From Candidatus Hydrogenedentota bacterium (GTDB lineage: Bacteria > Hydrogenedentota > Hydrogenedentia > Hydrogenedentales > JAEUWI01), in assembly GCA_034669905.1 (NCBI GenBank), contig JAXMOL010000041.1:1-64000 (forward strand): a DNA stretch of 64,000 nucleotides, in the 5' to 3' direction. The notes under the pieces are model-generated. The model saw only the letters and a program-made list of their open reading frames with translations. It was not told the DNA's origin and did no database searches. This document shows positions 33,101 to 39,100 of this stretch, one piece after another (positions within the stretch are counted from its first letter, which is position 1; each line of letters begins with the position of its first letter). The position numbers and the translations under genes were made by a program.

Positions 33101-36100
33101 GGTGGATGATCCCAACGCCACCATCCGGATAACGGTAGGTACCCAGACCAATCTGCTCGCGGCCAACCTGGGCAACGGCACGTGGAATCTGGCCGATGGC
33201 CGCCTCAGCGCCCTCGTCGACAATGTCTACGATGTACAGGCCCAGGCCACCGACGTCGCCGGCAATGTCGGGACGGATATGTCGACAAACGAGTTGACCA
33301 TTAATACGGAAGCGCCGACGGTCACGGTCGATACCCTGAATACGACGGACAACACCCCCCCGCTCACGGGCACCGTGGACGATCCCAATGCCACGATCCA
33401 GGTCTCCGTGGCGGATCAGGACCATATGGCCACCAACAATGGGGACGGCACGTGGACCCTGGCCGACAATACCCTGACGGCCCTGGCCGACGGACATTAC
33501 AATGTATTCGTCGAGGCCCGGGACCTGCAGAACAACGTGAGTAATGATCCGACACAGGACGAACTCGCCATCGATACGGTAGCGCCCGTCGTCACCTTGA
33601 ACCCCCTGCTGACCAACGATGCCCAGCCTGCCCTGAATGGCACGGTGGACGATCCCACGGCAATCATTACCGTAGACATTAATGGCGAAACCGGTCTGGC
33701 CGCCACCAACAATGGCGACGGCACGTGGACTCTCGCCGACAATACTGTGGCGGCCCTGCCCCACAATCCCACGGGCTATGACGGCGTGGTTCATGCCGTC
33801 GACACCTTTGGCAATGCCGCCGTCGATGGAACGACCAACGAGATCCAGATAGACCTCGTGGCCCCGGTCATCACGGTAGACAGCCTGAACACCGCCGAGC
33901 CCTCCCCCCAGTTAACAGGTACGGTGGACGACACCATGGCCACCATCATGATCACGGTCAATGGACAAACGGTCGAAGCCACAAACAACAGTAACGGCAC
34001 CTGGACGCTGGCCGGCGGCACGCTGAACGCCCTCACGAGTGGCATCTATAACGTCATGGCGACTGCCCTCGATGCGGCAGGTAACTCGGCCTCCGATGGC
34101 ACGGCAAACGACCTGGTCATTGATACGCTCCCACCGGTGGTCACCGTCGACACGCTCATCACGACCGATACCACCCCCCCACTCAGCGGTACCGTGGATG
34201 ACGTCGCCGCCATTATCGCCATCGAATTGAATGGAGCCACCTACCTGGCCACGAACAATGGCAACGGCACCTGGACCCTCGCCGATGATACCGTGGCCCC
34301 CCTGGCCGACGGGCAATACGATGTCCTTGCCCGGGCCACCGACACCCTGGGCAACGAAGGGGTCGACGCGACTGACGGCGAGCTCAATATCGATACCAAC
34401 GGGCCGACCGTAACGGTGAATGTACTCATCACCAACGATACGACGCCGGCCCTCTCCGGCACCGTGTCTGAAAATGGGGTAACCCTGGTTGTAACGGTGG
34501 CGGGAATCGACTACCCCGCCACCAATAACGATGACGGCACCTGGACCCTCGCCGATGACACGATTTCCCCGCCCCTTGCCGAGGGCGATTACAATGTGAC
34601 CGTGGTCGCGACCGACGCCCTCGGAAATATGGGTGCCGATTCAACGGCTGATGAGTTGCGCATCGACACCACCGCGCCGACCCTTACCGTGACACCGCGC
34701 CTGACCATGTTGGCTTCGCCCGCCCTTTCGGGTACGGTGAATGATCCCACGGCCACCGTGGTCGTGGTCGTCGACGGCAACAGCTATACGGCCGCCAACA
34801 TCGGCAATGGCACGTGGAGCCTCGTGGAAGGCCTCATCGCGCCCCTGACTTCCGGAGTCTATGAAGTGGCAGCCCAGGCCACCGACCCGGCCGGGAACGT
34901 GGTCAATGACACCAGTACCGATGAACTTACCATCGATCTGGACGTGCCCGCGGTCACGGTCGACCAATTGATTACCAACGATAATACCCCGGCGCTTACG
35001 GGTACCATTGATGACCCCGATGCGACCATTACCGTTTCGGTAGCCGGCCAGACTTTCCCCGCCGTCAACAATGGCGATGGCACGTGGACCCTGGCCGACA
35101 ATACGCTCACGACCCTGCCCGATGGCGTGTATAACATCATTGCCGTGGCGACCGATCTCGCGGGCAATACGGATACGGATCCCTCGCTGGTGGACGATCT
35201 CTTCGTCATCACCGCAGCGCCTACGGTCACGGTGAACCCCTTGACCACCCGTGACACCACGCCCCAGTTAAACGGTACGATCAACCAGACCACGTCGACC
35301 ATCCGTGTCACCGTGGACGGCCAGACCCTCGACGCCGTCAATAACGGAGATGGCACCTGGACCCTGGCCGACAACGCCCTGGCCCCCCTGGCCGAAGGCA
35401 CCTATGATGTCGACGTCCGTGCGACCGACCGACTGGGCAATGAAGGCCCGGACATCACCACCGATGAACTCACCATCGATCTCAACGCCGCGCTGATTAC
35501 GGTGGATACGCTGCAAAGCCGCGATCGTACGCCGGCCCTCACCGGCACCGTCGACCAGCCCGACGTAGCCATCACGATTGCCGTCGATGGCCAGCTTCAT
35601 GATGCCACCAATAATGGAGACGGCACCTGGACCCTGGCGGACAACACCCTCACTCCCCTCGTGGAAGGGGTCTATGATGTCGTGGCAAATGCCAACGGTG
35701 CGACAGACGCAACCGTAAATGAGCTGACCATCGATACCTTTGGCCCATCGGTGCTGCTGAGCGGACCCAGCATAAGTAATACCAAGACCGGGCCCGTCAG
35801 TTTCAGCGTGCGCTATGATGGGGCCTCTTTCATCGGGTTGCTGGAAAGTGACCTTGAGGTCTTCGCCATCCTGGACGAAAACCCAACGGTATTGAAAAAT
35901 GCCGTCCCGGCCCAGGCCAAGACCTTCCCCATTTCAACGGCCACGGCCACGGGTACGGTGTCCATCACCGGCACGGGAAATGAACTGCGCACCGTAACCA
36001 TTTCCAACATCACGGGCGATGGCTATCTGGGTATCGCAATCATCGCCGGTACGGCGCTCGATGCCGTGGGCAACCCCTCCCCCAGCGCCGTCAGTACCGA

Positions 36101-39100
36101 CCTCGTCTTTGTCGACAACCAGGCACCGGGTGTTCAGTCCCTGGGCGTGGTGGATCGGGCCATCGTGGATGTTCGCTTCAACGAAGCCATGAGCGATTTG
36201 GCCCTGGATCCGGCCAATTACACCCTCTCCGGACCCGGCCTGGGCACGCTCAATGCCACACCCGACGGCGTGGCCCGGGTCGAACCCGGCCGCTATCGCC
36301 TGACTTGGAATGTCGGCAGCCTGGTCAACGATCAGGAGCTCACCGTAAGCGTCCTGAGTGTAACCGATGCGGTGGACAATCTGATCGGCGAAAACAATGA
36401 GGCCACGACCATCGTCGAAGGCATCGGCGTTTCTCCCAGCGTCCGCTCCGTCACCGTATTGGAAGGTCGGGCGGTCAGTGTCCAATTCAGCGAACCCATC
36501 GCGGTCGGTGCACTGGATGTGCTGAACTATGTGATCAGCGGGTCCGGCCGCGGCACCTTGCCCGACAACCCGACCAGCGTCTCGGAATTGCCCCTCAATG
36601 ATCCAGACGACCCCGATGTCATCCTCCCGGGCAACCGGAATACCTACCTCCTCACCTGGACCGAGGGCGAAATGCTCCAGGGCGGTGATGTGACGGTGAC
36701 GGTCTCGGGCGTGGAAGACAATACGGGCAATCCCCTCATCGCTCCCGTGAGTGGCACGGACCCCGGTGCCGGTATCGGCGTGGCGCCAATACTCAACACG
36801 GTAAACGTAATAACGGGCCTGACGGTCGAAGTCGTGTTTAATGAAGCCATGGGTACCGGAGCCGATGTGGCCGCCAACTATACCATCAGTGGCGCGGGCC
36901 GCGGCACCCTTAGCGCACAACCCGACAGCGTGTCCCAGACCGGAAGCGGTGTCTATCTCCTTACCTGGAATGGGGGCGAGATGCTCAACGGGGGCGACGT
37001 AACCATCACGGCCACCGGGGTAAGCGATCGCAGTGGTAACCCCATCGGCACGGCAAACACGGCAACCGATGTCAGCGCCGGTCGCGATGGCCTTATCGTG
37101 GTTGCGATACCGGCCCGCCGCGATACCACGCTCTACGAAGACGACAACGGTGCCCTGGCCAATGGAGCGGGCGCCACCTTCTTCGCCGGCACCAACGAAG
37201 ACAATCTACGTCGTCGGGCGGCCCTTCACTTTGATGTGGTGGGAAATATTCCGGCTGGCTCCATCATTAAGGATGCCACCCTGCGCCTCTACAATCCCGG
37301 CACCGTCGGCACCGATACGGCCCACAACCTGGCGCTCCACCTCCTCACCCGCGATTGGGAAGAAGGCACGGTAGACGCCGGTGAACCCGGCGCCGACGGC
37401 GCGCCTTCGGAAGCCGGTGAGAGCACCTGGCTTCACACGGTCTTTGACACGGATCAGTGGACCACAGCGGGCGGAGATTTCGTGAGTCCCGCCCGTGCCA
37501 CCACCGCGATTGCGGGCGTGGGTACCTATACCTGGAACTCCACCGATCTACTTGCCGATACGCAGACGTGGCTCGACGATCCGGACAACAATTTCGGCTG
37601 GCTCCTTCTGGGTGACGAAACGGCGGCAAATACCGTGAAGGCATTCCGTTCCGATGAACACGGCACCCTGTCTCAGCAGCCGGTCTTGAATGTGGTCTTC
37701 TCCCTCAATGGCGGCCCCGGTGGGCCGACCCTCGGCAGCATCGGCGATCAGCAAGTCAACGAGGGCGAAACGTTGAGCCTCGAGTTGACCGCCAATGATA
37801 CGGGTGGCAACCCCCTCATCATCTCTTCCGCCCTGGCCAATCTGCCCCTGGAACGGGATGCCCGCCTCACCGACAATGGTGATGGTACGGCCGTCTTCCA
37901 GTGGACCCCGGCCTTCGTGGATGCAGGCTCCTACGTGGTGACCTTTATCGCCACCCAGTCGGGTGTGGACGATCCCCTGAGTATTTCCGAAACCATCGTC
38001 ATCGACGTGGTGAATGTAAACCAGGCCCCCCAATTGGTTGACTTCGGGCCCCTGGTGGCCACCGAAGGCCAGCCCCTGACCTTCACCGCGACGGTTAACG
38101 ATGCCGACGTGGCGGACACCCACACCTTCAGCCTGGTGCTGCCCGTCGATGGCGTCTCCATCGACAGCGCGACCGGCGTCCTCAACTGGACGCCCGGGTT
38201 CCAGGACGCAGGGGACGTGACGATTGGAATTCGGGTTCAGGACAACGGAACGCCGCCCCGCTCTGATCGGCAGGATCTGGAGGTAACCGTGGTGGATGCC
38301 AACGGCCCCCCCGTCATCACGCCCATCGGTGACCAGGTAGTCGTGGAAGCGGAGGTACTCTCCTTTATCGTCACCGCGACAGATCCGGACCTTTCCGATA
38401 CGCTGCGATTCAGCCTCACCGAAGCACCGGCAGGCGTTACGCTCGATGCCCAGACCGGCTTCTTCCGTTGGGTCCCGAGTATCGCGGCGGCGGGTGAACA
38501 CCCGGTGACCATCACCGTAACCGACGATGGTGATCCGGAACAGTCCGCCGAAGACCGCTTTGTCATTACGGTGGTCGATGACAACCGCGATCCCACGGCA
38601 ATTACGCTGTCACCGGCCAACGTCCGTGAAAACCTGCCGGCAAACACCATTGTCGGCACGCTGACGACGACGGATCCGGATTCCAGCGACGTGCACACCT
38701 ATACCCTGGTCGAAGGGACCGGTGATACGGACAATGGCCGCTTCAACCTCGCGGGCAATGTGCTACGTACCAGCGAGAGCTTCAACTACGAGCAGAAATC
38801 CACCTACAGCATTCGGGTCCACACGGCCGATGGTAAAGACGGTGAGTTTGCCCGGGCCATCACCATCAGCATCGTAAATCAGAATGACCTGCCCACCGCC
38901 ATCGCACTCACGGGTGACGTCGTCATGGAAAATGCTCCCATCGGCACGGAAGTTGGTGTCCTTCGTACCACCGATGAGGATGGAGCGGACACCCATAGCT
39001 ATCGGCTTGTCGAAGGCGAAGGCGATACGGATAACGGGCTCTTCGCCATCAGCGGCAACCGCCTCGTGGTCAACGGGCCCCTCGATTTCGAGACCCAGGC